From Pseudomonadota bacterium (GTDB lineage: Bacteria > Myxococcota > JACRCW01 > JAFGSX01), in NCBI GenBank assembly GCA_043821645.1, contig JBDRCO010000052.1:64001-128000 (forward strand): a stretch of DNA of 64,000 bases, given 5' to 3'. Within the stretch, counting starts at the first letter, position 1. Each line of letters opens with the position of its first letter. Shown here in pieces: positions 1 to 9,572 of the stretch. The notes beneath the pieces were generated by a model, which was not told the origin of the DNA, made no database searches, and saw only the letters and a program-made list of their open reading frames with translations. Position numbers and translations under genes: made by a program.

Positions 1-305
1 TGGTCTATCGCGTGTCCTGGTTCTCACACCTGATCTACCGCCTGATCCTGCGCACGCCCTTCCTGTCGCTGATCAACATCATCGCGCGACGCCAGGTGAT
101 CGTGGAGTTGTGGCAGAAGGCCCTGCGTGGCGTCGAGGTGGCCGGGCAGCTGCGACGTCTGCTCGGTGGCGAGGACAGGACCAAGATGCTCGAGGCCTAC
201 GCCCAGATCCGCAACGAGCTGGGCAGGCGCGACACGGCGGCGCGCGTGGCCTCCGTCCTGATCGAGGAAGGGTCGCGCAAGACCGGGAACGTGCCCCGGA
301 CCTGA
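1..305 (+). CDS. lpxB: Lipid-A-disaccharide synthase, C-terminal fragment (5' truncated by window edge)
   Basis: Frame reads VYRVSWFSHLIYRLILRTPFLSLINIIARRQVIVELWQ...IRNELG...AARVA, matching the LpxB C-terminal pattern (VxYxV...SLxNxxA...V.xEL.Q). Confidence 0.75.
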   Translation, partial: VYRVSWFSHLIYRLILRTPFLSLINIIARRQVIVELWQKALRGVEVAGQLRRLLGGEDRTKMLEAYAQIRNELGRRDTAARVASVLIEEGSRKTGNVPRT

Positions 306-337
306 GCTTGGCTGCAGCGCCTGTCTTTCGGAAGTGC

Positions 338-2629
338 TCAGGGTGATAGCAGATCCGGCAGAGGAACCACGCCGCTGCCCAGGCGCGTGCCGTTGCGCTC
401 GAACACCGTGTCTGTTGTGACCACCACCTCCAGCGGGCCCAGGGTCCCGGGCACCGCCTCCTGCTCGCGCACCGTGCTACCATCCTGCACGTGTAGACCG
501 ACGGCATTGTCGAGGATCTCGCCCTTCGACACGGTGCCGCGGGCGGCCGCAAAGACCAGCCCCAGGCTGGCACTACGAGCGATCCGCGTGGCCACGAGAT
601 CCAGGCGTCCACTCTCGATGGCGCCCAGGCCCCAGCCGAGCTGGCCATCCACCTCCCGGGGCAGGGAATCGACGATGGTACAGCCCGTGAGCTCGGCATG
701 GCTGTCCGCCTGTCCGACGAACAGGCTGACCTCTCGGTTGCGCGCGAGCAGGCAGTCCGTGAGCAGCAAAGCGCCGCCGCTCTGCACGTTGATGCCGCGC
801 CCGAAGCTGCGGTTTCCGTCGGTCTGGGTATCCCGCACGACGCTGGCCGCCATGTTCACGACGGTCCCGGGCTCGCGCACCACCACGGCGACCTCGCGAT
901 TGAACACGATGGCGCTGTGCGAGATTTCCGCGGTCAAGCCACCGCCCAGATCGAGTCCACGGCCGAAGCTGCCGTCGACGTAGCCACGGCCCCGGGCGAT
1001 GACGGCGCCTTCCAGGGTCAGGTGCCCGGCGGGCTGGTTGTCGACGACGGAGCGGCCCGCGATCACGGCGATGCCGGCGCAGCCGATGATGGCGCTGCGG
1101 TCCAGGCTGGCCTCTGCCTGGCCTCCGAGCACCAGACCATTGCCGTCCCGGGTCGTCCCCGAGCGCCGGATGTCCGTGATCAGCGAGTCGACCAGCTGCA
1201 GGCGTGAGTTCGCATCGTAGAGCACGACGCCGTTGCCCGCGCCGCGCCCCAGCGCCGAGCGCTCGAGCTCCAGCACGCCGGTCTGCTGAACCGCCGCGCA
1301 GGTGGTTGAATCGCCGTTGGGGAAGACCTCGGTGTCAAAGACAATGCTGTCGTGCAGACGCACCACGGAACCGAGGGCGGAGACGACGGCGGCTCCGCTG
1401 GCGCGCCGGATGGAGCTGTTGTGAAGGTCGACCGTGGCATAGCCCTGGACCATGAGGTTGCGGCCAAAGTACTCGACATAGCCTCCAGGCCTGACCACAC
1501 CCACGGCGCGAGGGAGCGTGTCGCGCAGCACCGAGTCGCGCATCGTCACCTGTGTCGGCTGCGTGGCGAGCTGGCTATCCACGTAGAGCCCGCTCTCGCT
1601 GTTGCGCGCCAGCACGCAGTGGTTCAGCTCGGCGCTGGGGCCACCGCTGATGACGACGCCCATGCCAAAGGATCCGTCTCCCGCGGGAAAGGTGTCCGTG
1701 ACCACCACGCCATCGAGCGCGGCCTGCGTCCCGCCGTCCTGGATCACCACGCCAGCCTGGCGGTTGCCGACGACGGAGCTCGTCTCCATCTGCAGAGAGC
1801 CTCCCTGCTCGACGAAGACGCCGTAGCCAAAGCGGCCGCTGGCATTCGCGAGGCTGTCGCGCACCACCGACCCGCTCACCACCAGGGTGCCGCCGATCGC
1901 GCGCAAGCCGGAGATGGCGTTGCCGGTCACCACCACCTGCCGCAGCTGTAGCGTGGCGCCGGAGCGCACGATGGCGCCGTTGAAGTGCCCGCGCAGGGTC
2001 AGCCCTCGCAGCTCGCTCTGTCCGCCGAGCACCTCCACTCCTGTGATGCCGCTGTCCACGGGCGCCTGCAGGATGACCTGCTCGGCACAGCGCCCGGCCA
2101 CGGTCACGGCACCGGTGAGGCGCAAGGCCTCGACATAGGTTCCGCTCTCGACGGCGATGACGGCACCGGCGGGTGCCCGGGTCACGGCCGCGGCGATGCT
2201 CGCAAAGTGTGTGGCGTCGAGCTGCGACGCGGCATAGCTCACATCGACGAAGATCGTGGCCGCCGGGTCCAGGGGACGTTCACAGTCCCCCACCGGCTGG
2301 CACTCGATCTGACCGATGACCTCGCGGCGCGCACCGCTGCAGGGTGTTGCGGGCAACACGTCCTGGCAGCCCCAGCCGTCGCGGTCTGCGCGGGTGCCTT
2401 CGGGGCAGGATGTGGTGCCCACGGGCTGGCACTGCGCGAGGCCCAGGCGAGGCATGAAACCCGCGGGACACTCCTGGTCCGGGAGCACCGCGTCGCAGGC
2501 CAGCCCTTCCTCAACCTCGACCCAGCCCTGGGCACACCTGCTCTCGGTGGGCTCGGGTCGTGGCGGACCGGGCTGTGGACAGCTCGAGAGAAGCAGGACC
2601 GCGGGAAGCAGCAACGACAGGTCGCGCAT
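338..2629 (-). CDS. Right-handed parallel beta-helix repeat lipoprotein with Cys-rich N-terminus
   Basis: Lipobox LLLSSC, Cys-rich segment, FASIAAAV...GAVIAVESGTYVE cap, many G(R/M)G(I/L)xV..G repeats. Confidence 0.75.
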   Translation of the reverse strand: MRDLSLLLPAVLLLSSCPQPGPPRPEPTESRCAQGWVEVEEGLACDAVLPDQECPAGFMPRLGLAQCQPVGTTSCPEGTRADRDGWGCQDVLPATPCSGARREVIGQIECQPVGDCERPLDPAATIFVDVSYAASQLDATHFASIAAAVTRAPAGAVIAVESGTYVEALRLTGAVTVAGRCAEQVILQAPVDSGITGVEVLGGQSELRGLTLRGHFNGAIVRSGATLQLRQVVVTGNAISGLRAIGGTLVVSGSVVRDSLANASGRFGYGVFVEQGGSLQMETSSVVGNRQAGVVIQDGGTQAALDGVVVTDTFPAGDGSFGMGVVISGGPSAELNHCVLARNSESGLYVDSQLATQPTQVTMRDSVLRDTLPRAVGVVRPGGYVEYFGRNLMVQGYATVDLHNSSIRRASGAAVVSALGSVVRLHDSIVFDTEVFPNGDSTTCAAVQQTGVLELERSALGRGAGNGVVLYDANSRLQLVDSLITDIRRSGTTRDGNGLVLGGQAEASLDRSAIIGCAGIAVIAGRSVVDNQPAGHLTLEGAVIARGRGYVDGSFGRGLDLGGGLTAEISHSAIVFNREVAVVVREPGTVVNMAASVVRDTQTDGNRSFGRGINVQSGGALLLTDCLLARNREVSLFVGQADSHAELTGCTIVDSLPREVDGQLGWGLGAIESGRLDLVATRIARSASLGLVFAAARGTVSKGEILDNAVGLHVQDGSTVREQEAVPGTLGPLEVVVTTDTVFERNGTRLGSGVVPLPDLLSP

Positions 2630-2789
2630 CTCGACATCACCTCGCGAGCGCCGGATGCCCCATTCTCATCGAAGGCGTGTCGCCTGTCACCCGCCCGTCG
2701 AGCGCCGCGCGAAGGTCTTTCTGCGGACCGCAAAAGCAACTATCGTAGGCCGCTGCTGCGACGGGCACAGGGGCGAGGGAGCTTCGAAC

Positions 2790-3497
2790 ATGCCGCACGA
2801 TGCCGTGGTGCTGATGCCGACCTACAACGAGCGCGAGAACCTGCCGTCCATGGTGGCGGAGGTTCTGCGCACCGCACCCGTCGACATGCTGATCATCGAC
2901 GACAACTCGCCAGATGGCACAGGTTCCGTGGCCGACGCCCTGGCCGACCAGGAGCCGCGGGTGCAGGTGATGCACCGCCCGGGCAAACAGGGTCTGGGCC
3001 GCGCCTACCTCGACGGCTTTCGCTGGGCGCTGGACCAAGGCTACAAGGTCATCTTCGAGATGGATGCGGACTTCTCGCACCAGCCTCGCTACCTCCCGGA
3101 GTTCCTGCGCGAGATCAAGCACTACGACCTCGTCCTCGGCTCCCGCTATGTCCGCGACGGAGGCGTGTCCAACTGGCCTCTGCACCGCCAGGTCATCAGC
3201 CGGGGCGGCAGCCTGTATGCCCGCTCCATCCTCGGGGTGACGGTCAAGGACCTGACCGGCGGTTTCAAGTGCTTCAGGCGCGAGGTGCTCGAGAGCCTGA
3301 ACCTCGACGGTATCCGCTCCACCGGTTACGCCTTTCAGATCGAGATGACCTACCGCACGCTGCAGGCGGGCTTCAAGGTCAAGGAGATCCCCATCATCTT
3401 CTACGAGCGCAACGCGGGGAAATCCAAGATGAGCCGCAAGATCTTCGTCGAGGCCATAGGCACCGTGTGGAAGCTCAAGCTGGGCGGGCCTGTGTGA
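2790..3497 (+). CDS. Polyprenol monophosphomannose synthase (GT2, DPM1/Ppm1-like)
   Basis: LMPTYNERENL, IIDDNSPDGTG, GLGRAY, EMDADFSHQP, GSRY, DLTGGFKCFRR, GYAFQIE. ATG at 2790. Confidence 0.9.
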   Translation: MPHDAVVLMPTYNERENLPSMVAEVLRTAPVDMLIIDDNSPDGTGSVADALADQEPRVQVMHRPGKQGLGRAYLDGFRWALDQGYKVIFEMDADFSHQPRYLPEFLREIKHYDLVLGSRYVRDGGVSNWPLHRQVISRGGSLYARSILGVTVKDLTGGFKCFRREVLESLNLDGIRSTGYAFQIEMTYRTLQAGFKVKEIPIIFYERNAGKSKMSRKIFVEAIGTVWKLKLGGPV

Positions 3498-4978
3498 GTT
3501 CGACGGGGGAGGGCACCTCGGGTGCAGCGCGCGCTGGCCGCATCGCCGGTCCTCTGGGTGGCCTCGCGATTCTGCTGCTGGTTCACGTCGTCACCGGTGC
3601 GGTACCTCCGGCGGCCCGCGTCGCTGCTCTGGCGTTCACCATGGCCGTGCTGTGGATGACAGAGGCCATCCCCCTGGCTGCGACGGCCTTGTTCCCGCTG
3701 GTGGCGTTCCCTCTCCTTGGCATCACGAACACGTCGGGCGTGGCCACCGCCTACGCCGATCCCGCCATCTTTCTGTTCCTGGGAGGCTTCTTGCTCGCCC
3801 GCTGCGTCGAGGACAGCGGATTGCACCGGCGCATCGCGGTGGCGGTGCTGGGCGCCCTGGGCGATAGACCCCGACGCCAGGTCCTGGGCTTCATGATCAC
3901 CTCGGCACTGCTGTCTATGTGGATCTCAAACACTGCTACCGCCCTGGTCCTGCTTCCCGTGGCCCTGGCCGTGGCCGCGCCCGTCATCGCGAACGACGCC
4001 GAGCGGGGTCGGGTGTTCGCCACCTCGCTGCTCCTCGGAGTGGCCTACGGCGCATCCATCGGTGGAGTGGGCACTCCCGTGGGGAGCCCTCCCAACGTGA
4101 TCTTCCTGTCACAGCTCGCGGCCGCCTTCCCCGAGCAGCGCATTGGCTTTGCGCGCTGGCTCCTGGTCGGGTTGCCCTTCGTCGCCCTGTTCGTACCCGT
4201 GGCGGCCTGGTGGTTGTGCCGTCCGCTGGGCACGGATCCCTTGCCGGGTTGCCGCGAGGTGCTGGCCTCGCAGCGCGCCGGGCAGGGACGCATGGACCGC
4301 GATCAGTGGATCGTGGCTGCGCTTTTTGCGACGGCGGCCCTGGGCTGGGTGTTCCGGGCGCCCATCGTCGTGGGCAGCGTCGAGATCCCGGGGTGGTCGA
4401 GCCTGGTCGGCGGCTCAGCAGCGGTGCACGACGCGGTGGTGGCGGTGGGCGTGGCGCTGATCGCGTTCTTCGTGCCGTCGTCGCAGCGGCCTGGTCAGCG
4501 ACTGCTCACCTGGGCCAGCGCCTCGCGCATCGCCTGGGGGCTTCTGATCCTTTTCGGTGGCGGCATCGCCCTGGCGCGCGGCTTCAGCCTAAGTGGTCTG
4601 TCCTCGACCCTGGGCGGGCTGTTTGCAGGACTCCAGGGCGTACCCCTGATCCTTGTGATCGCGGCGATCACGACGCTGGTCATCTTCCTGACCGAGCTGA
4701 CCAGCAACACCGCGACGACCACGGTGATGATGCCCATCCTGGCCTCGCTGGCCCTGGCCCTGCAGGTTCCTGCGGTAGCGATCATGTTGCCGGCCGCCAT
4801 CGCCGCGAGCTGCGCCTTCATGCTGCCGGTGGCCACGCCACCCAATGCCGTGGTCTTCAGCAGCGGGCAGGTGCCACTGCGTGACATGATGCGCGCCGGC
4901 TTCTTTCTCAACCTGATCGGCGTGGTCCTCATCACCCTGCTGGCGCTGGGGCCAGGGCGCTGGCTCGTCACCCCGTAG
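3494..4978 (+). CDS. DASS/SLC13 family sodium:dicarboxylate/sulfate symporter
   Basis: WMTEAIP, LSMWISNTAT, GGVGTPVGSPPN, TELTSNTAT, AFMLPVATPPNA. GTGA start overlaps the upstream stop. Confidence 0.9.
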   Translation: MSSTGEGTSGAARAGRIAGPLGGLAILLLVHVVTGAVPPAARVAALAFTMAVLWMTEAIPLAATALFPLVAFPLLGITNTSGVATAYADPAIFLFLGGFLLARCVEDSGLHRRIAVAVLGALGDRPRRQVLGFMITSALLSMWISNTATALVLLPVALAVAAPVIANDAERGRVFATSLLLGVAYGASIGGVGTPVGSPPNVIFLSQLAAAFPEQRIGFARWLLVGLPFVALFVPVAAWWLCRPLGTDPLPGCREVLASQRAGQGRMDRDQWIVAALFATAALGWVFRAPIVVGSVEIPGWSSLVGGSAAVHDAVVAVGVALIAFFVPSSQRPGQRLLTWASASRIAWGLLILFGGGIALARGFSLSGLSSTLGGLFAGLQGVPLILVIAAITTLVIFLTELTSNTATTTVMMPILASLALALQVPAVAIMLPAAIAASCAFMLPVATPPNAVVFSSGQVPLRDMMRAGFFLNLIGVVLITLLALGPGRWLVTP

Positions 4979-5000
4979 TGGCGACGAGAGGAGAGCATCG

Positions 5001-5720
5001 ATGCGACCGTGCCTGATCCTGCGCGCCGCCCCACAGGCGCTCATGTCGTTGCTGCTGGCGCTGCCCCAGACTGCCTCCGCGAGCCCCCCGCCCAGCAGCC
5101 AGCCCGCGCGTGGCGTCGAGCTGGACCTGGCCGCGCATCCCGAGCTGGTGGACATGCAGTCGCTGATTCCGGACCTCCAGCTCGATATCAAGTACGCCAC
5201 CACCGACAACTTCACCGGCCAGAACCTATACGGAGATTTCCGGCGCTGTGTGCTGCACCGCGAGGCAGCGGATCGGCTTCTCGAGGCAGATCGCTGGCTC
5301 CGGCAGCACCACCCGGAGCTGCGCCTGCTGGTCCATGACTGTCTCAGACCGCGCTCGGTGCAGTGGCGCATGTGGAATGTGGTGAAGGGCACGCCCATGC
5401 AGGGCTACGTCGCGGATCCCAGCACGCGCACAGGATCGCTTCACAACTATGGCGTGGCGGTGGACCTGAGTCTGGCCGGGGTCGAGGGCACGCCCGTCGA
5501 CATGGGCACCCCCTATGATTTTCTGGGCAAGAAAGCCGAACCGAGACACGAGAACCGTTTTCTCGCCGACGGCACCTTGAGTCCCGAGCAGGTACGCAAC
5601 CGGCTGATCCTGCGAACGGCCATGGTGCACGCCGGTTTCCGGCCCATCAACAGTGAGTGGTGGCACTTCGAGGCGATGTCCGCACGCCAGGTCCACAAGC
5701 GCGCACGTCTCGTCGAGTGA
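5001..5720 (+). CDS. D-alanyl-D-alanine dipeptidase (peptidase M15D, VanX/DdpX family), likely exported
   Basis: KYATTDNFTG, DCLRP, SLHNYGVAVD (SxHxxGxAxD), EWWHF; N-terminal signal-like segment. Confidence 0.88.
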   Translation: MRPCLILRAAPQALMSLLLALPQTASASPPPSSQPARGVELDLAAHPELVDMQSLIPDLQLDIKYATTDNFTGQNLYGDFRRCVLHREAADRLLEADRWLRQHHPELRLLVHDCLRPRSVQWRMWNVVKGTPMQGYVADPSTRTGSLHNYGVAVDLSLAGVEGTPVDMGTPYDFLGKKAEPRHENRFLADGTLSPEQVRNRLILRTAMVHAGFRPINSEWWHFEAMSARQVHKRARLVE

Positions 5721-5753
5721 GTGGCCCCCGGGCGACAGGCCCGGTGAATCAGT

Positions 5754-6710
5754 TCAGCGCGTCGCGGCCGCCGCGACCTGGGTCAAAGCCATGTCGAGCT
5801 GTTCATAGCTTTCGAACAGTCGGGCGTCGCTCCCGGAGAGGTCGAACCAGTCGCTCGAGGGAACACCGATCCAGGTCGTCACCTGGCTCGCCATCCGGCG
5901 CAGGCTCTGGCTCAGAGCGAGCCGCTCGTCAGACCCCAGATCTCGTACCACCGACAGCAGCAACAGGTGCGCGTGTGTTGTCTCAACGGCGCGCAGGATC
6001 TCCTCCTCGGGCAGGTTGGGGCCCAGGTAGATGGGCTCGAGCCCGCGACTGGCCGCCAGAATGGCGCCGACCAGCGTACCGAACTCGTGCAGGTGTCCCG
6101 CCGGGGTGGTGACGACGATCTTGGGAGCTCCGGGCTGCGGTGTGCTCCAGTTGAGCACCGAGGTCAGCAGGCCGCGCATCTGCGCCGACACCAGGTGTTC
6201 GTGCGCGATGCTGACCTCGCGTCGGTGCCAGCGCTCCCCCACTTCGAGCAGGATGGGCCGCACCACCTGCAGGGCGAGGTCCTCTGCCCGCAGCAGCATG
6301 GCGGCGCGGCTGAGCAGATCCGCCGCGCGGCGAACATCGAAACGTTCGATGGCCTCGAGATAGTCCGAGCGCACGCGGGCGTAGCTGCGATCGGCATCTG
6401 TGGAACCGTCCGCGGCGGTCCCGCTCTCGTCGTCGAGTTCGGCAAGCAGGGCCTCGAGTCTGGCATTCTCGAGGGCCGCCACGTCCATGATGTGGTGACC
6501 GCGCAAGGTCAGTTCTCGCAGCAAGGAGAGCCGATGGATGTCCAGCGACGAGAACTTTCGCGTGTTGCCGTCGGTGCGGTGGGGCTCCACGGCGGCATAG
6601 CGCTGCTCCCATTTGCGAATTGTGTCCGCGGAGAGCCCGGTGAGTCGGGTCGCGACTCGCATCGAGTAGGTGGCTTGCTCGCCTGCCTTTTCTAGTCTCG
6701 AAGAAGACAT
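5754..6710 (-). CDS. MerR-family regulator with cobalamin-binding domain (CarH/CarA/LitR-like)
   Basis: MerR HTH (TGLSADTIRKWEQRY...RTDGNTRKFS), W-x9-EH motif (WHRREVSIAHEH), HxHEFG B12 ligand motif, YLGPNLP. Confidence 0.85.
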   Translation of the reverse strand: MSSSRLEKAGEQATYSMRVATRLTGLSADTIRKWEQRYAAVEPHRTDGNTRKFSSLDIHRLSLLRELTLRGHHIMDVAALENARLEALLAELDDESGTAADGSTDADRSYARVRSDYLEAIERFDVRRAADLLSRAAMLLRAEDLALQVVRPILLEVGERWHRREVSIAHEHLVSAQMRGLLTSVLNWSTPQPGAPKIVVTTPAGHLHEFGTLVGAILAASRGLEPIYLGPNLPEEEILRAVETTHAHLLLLSVVRDLGSDERLALSQSLRRMASQVTTWIGVPSSDWFDLSGSDARLFESYEQLDMALTQVAAAATR

Positions 6711-6854
6711 GTCAAGATCCTGTCGCGATGTTGCCCTGGAACAATATAGACAGTTTCTTGTCCCGTGCAGTCGAGATCGGACCTGACCTGAGCTGCAGGC
6801 GCCTGTCGGCTCCCGGAGAGAGGTCGCGCTGGTACCATACAGAGGGGAGGGAGC

Positions 6855-7079
6855 ATGGCCAGGATCATAGATCTCGACGAAAAGCGTCAGGAACAGCAGT
6901 TGCGGCGAAGGATGCTCGAGCACATGTCGCGACTGGTTCGCGTGACGGGGCGTGTTCGGGATGCCCTGGCTGACCACGACGCCAACGCCGGCACAGAGGC
7001 AACGTCCACTCCGGATAGCCAGGGGAACCCCGAAGAAGACCCTCCGGACCCTGAACCCTGTGGGATGTCCAGGCTCTGA
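6855..7079 (+). CDS. Small hypothetical protein (74 aa)
   Basis: Strong RBS (GAGGGGAGGGAG) before ATG; helical N-terminus MARIIDLDEKR, acidic/Pro tail; divergent from the MerR gene. Confidence 0.5.
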   Translation: MARIIDLDEKRQEQQLRRRMLEHMSRLVRVTGRVRDALADHDANAGTEATSTPDSQGNPEEDPPDPEPCGMSRL

Positions 7080-7260
7080 AGCGGAGCGTGGTGCCCTTTC
7101 CGTGAAGCCTCCCGCCTCGGGCACCGGGCCCGCAACACCACATCTTAAAGCGCAAGACACGAGGGCTCGAGCGCTCGGCTGACGTCGACGCCAGGATGCG
7201 CCAGGCGGTTGCACCAGCACCTTGTTTCTGCTGTCGTGCGGCCGCAAGGAGCAGCCCAAG

Positions 7261-8472
7261 ATGCAGCGACGACGAATCCAGACCGTGGCCCTGTGGGCGC
7301 TGACTTCACTGTGCTCCAGCCCGGGTCTGGCGGGCCCGCTCGACCCTTCGGGCCAGGTCGGGGAGGTGGCCGCCGACATGGCAGGTGCTGCAAGCCCGGC
7401 AGTCACCGAAGGCGCAGGCACCCAGGAAGAGGAGGTGCTCGATTTCGCAGCCGAGGAGGCCGCAGCGGATCAGAAGACCGCGCAGATCCTGCAGGCGGTC
7501 GCCGGGGCCGCGGGAGCCTTGAGCCAGCGTACGGGTTTCAAGCTCTACGCGGACCTGCTCGTCGACTACGGGGTGGGTCAGGAGTCTTTTGAGTTCAGGC
7601 CCAACCACATCGTGGTCATCTTGCAGATGCAGATCCTGGACAACCTGCTCTTTGCCACCCACATCAGCGATGACCCCGTGTTCTTCGAGCTCAACTGGAT
7701 GATCACACCCCGCCTCACGCTGAAGGCGGGCAAGCTGTTCATCCCCTTCGGCACCAACGAGTTTCACCACATCGTGGGCGGTCGCGTCGACGAGCTGTCG
7801 CAGTTCTTACCCGAGACCTGGAGCGACTACGGTGTGGGCTTGAGCTACCAGCTCCTCGACACGGACTGGTTCAGTGCGGACTACGATCTGTACCTGGTCA
7901 ACGGTTTTCAGGGGGAGGACAGGCCCCTGATCGGTGCGGCGACCACCAGCGACAACAACATGGCCAAGGGCTATGGCGCGCGTCTCAAGCTCACGGTGTT
8001 GAACCGGGTGCTGGTGACCGGGAGCCTGTACCACGACGTGTGGAGCCGTGATCAGCGGAACAACCTGCTGTTCTACTCGGTGGGCCTGGAACTCCGGCCA
8101 GGGCTCATTCCCCTGCCCGTGGTCGACCGCCTGCGTCTTCGCGGAGAGTGGGCGCGGGGCGAGTTCAAGCTGCCCCAGAGAAACTACCAGCAGGGTGTGC
8201 TGCGTCACGCCTACGCCCGCGCCGGTTTCTATGGCGAGGCGCTGCTGCCGCTGTGGGAGTGGGTCGGCGTGCGCTTGCGCGGTGGCCGGATCAATCCAGA
8301 TAACACCGTCACGGACGACGGCGACCTGTGGGTGCTGGAGCCCGCGGTGATCCTGGGCAAGGGCAAGGTCACCGTCCTGCTGGCATATCAGGCCCTGCTC
8401 CAGGACGGGCGGGCCTACTCACCGACGGAGCCAGCGGACATCGTCTACGGAAAGTTCTTCATACAGTTCTGA
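7261..8472 (+). CDS. Outer-membrane beta-barrel (porin-like) protein
   Basis: Signal peptide, acidic N-terminal region, alternating amphipathic strands, KAGKLFIPFG, YLVNG...DNN..KGYGAR, C-terminal aromatic signature YGKFFIQF. Confidence 0.7.
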   Translation: MQRRRIQTVALWALTSLCSSPGLAGPLDPSGQVGEVAADMAGAASPAVTEGAGTQEEEVLDFAAEEAAADQKTAQILQAVAGAAGALSQRTGFKLYADLLVDYGVGQESFEFRPNHIVVILQMQILDNLLFATHISDDPVFFELNWMITPRLTLKAGKLFIPFGTNEFHHIVGGRVDELSQFLPETWSDYGVGLSYQLLDTDWFSADYDLYLVNGFQGEDRPLIGAATTSDNNMAKGYGARLKLTVLNRVLVTGSLYHDVWSRDQRNNLLFYSVGLELRPGLIPLPVVDRLRLRGEWARGEFKLPQRNYQQGVLRHAYARAGFYGEALLPLWEWVGVRLRGGRINPDNTVTDDGDLWVLEPAVILGKGKVTVLLAYQALLQDGRAYSPTEPADIVYGKFFIQF

Positions 8473-8489
8473 TGATCCCGGGGTGTCGC

Positions 8490-9536
8490 ATGCAGAGGTG
8501 GTGGATCCTGGTCGTGCTGTCGACGTGGCTGCTCGCCTGCCCACGCCAGCAGGCCGCTCCCGAGGAGCTGCACGTGGTCACGCGCAGCGAAGAACACATG
8601 TCGACCTACGTGACCATCTCGGTGGCGGCGCCGAGGGGCGCCTCACCCGACGAGGCCATCACCGCCGCCTTTGCCGAGGTGGCGCGGCTGTCGGACACGC
8701 TCAGCGAGTGGCGTGAGCACAGTGAGATCTCCACGGTCAACGCTCAGGCCGGGGGTGCCCCGGTGGTGGTCAGCGCCGAGCTGTACCGGGTCATCCAGGC
8801 CGCGCACGCGGTCTCCGTCGACACCGAGGGCGCCTTCGATATCACCTTCAACGCCCTGTGGGGCCTGTGGGACTTCAAGGCTCCCAACCCCCGGGTGCCC
8901 ACACCCGAGGAGATCGCTCCACGCGTCGCCCTTGTCGACTATCGCCAGGTCACTCTCGACGACACCACCCACAGCGTGCGCCTCGGGAAACCTGGCATGA
9001 AAATGGGGCTCGGCGGCATCGCCAAGGGGTACATCGTGGACCGCGCCAGTGCCCTGCTCAGGGCCCGCGGCTTCACCAACCATCTCGTGAACGCCGGCGG
9101 CGATCTCTACGCCTCGGGGACCCGGGGGGACCGCAAGTGGCGGATCGGCGTCCGGGACCCCGGCACCAAGCAGATCTATGCCACGCTCGAGGTTCAGGAC
9201 CGAGGGCTTGCCACCAGCGGCAACTACGAGCGCTTCTTCATCAAGGACGGCCTGCGCTATCACCACATCCTGGACCCGAAGACGGGCATGCCCACGCGGG
9301 GCATCGCGTCGTCGACGGTGCTGGCGCCGGATGCCATGACCGCGGACGCCTATGCCACCGCGGTGTTCGTCCTGGGTGTTGACCGCTCACTGGCCCTGGC
9401 ACCCCGCAAGGGACTCGAGTTGCTGCTGTTCGACGAGGCCTTCCACACGCGCAGCACACCGGGCATGCCGGCGTTGCTCACTCTCATCGCCGAGGACGCC
9501 GGCTCGCCCGACCAGGACGAGAACAGGGCGCATTAG
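8490..9536 (+). CDS. apbE: FAD:protein FMN transferase (flavin transferase lipoprotein)
   Basis: Lipobox WLLAC; SEISTVN, GAFDIT, GLGGIAKGYIVD, NAGGD, ATSGNYER, YHHILDPKTG, ADAYAT. Confidence 0.93.
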   Translation: MQRWWILVVLSTWLLACPRQQAAPEELHVVTRSEEHMSTYVTISVAAPRGASPDEAITAAFAEVARLSDTLSEWREHSEISTVNAQAGGAPVVVSAELYRVIQAAHAVSVDTEGAFDITFNALWGLWDFKAPNPRVPTPEEIAPRVALVDYRQVTLDDTTHSVRLGKPGMKMGLGGIAKGYIVDRASALLRARGFTNHLVNAGGDLYASGTRGDRKWRIGVRDPGTKQIYATLEVQDRGLATSGNYERFFIKDGLRYHHILDPKTGMPTRGIASSTVLAPDAMTADAYATAVFVLGVDRSLALAPRKGLELLLFDEAFHTRSTPGMPALLTLIAEDAGSPDQDENRAH

Positions 9537-9572
9537 AAAACCCCTCCTCGACAATCCTCTGCGCGGCCCCGG

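Noticed and set aside
1985-3493. N-terminal half of the 997-aa ORF, suggesting a fused transporter
   Set aside because: It overlaps two real genes in other frames; the transporter starts at the GTGA junction at 3494.
5001-5720. Vancomycin resistance (vanX)
   Set aside because: No vanH, vanA or vanRS nearby; exported M15D dipeptidases are common in diderm bacteria.
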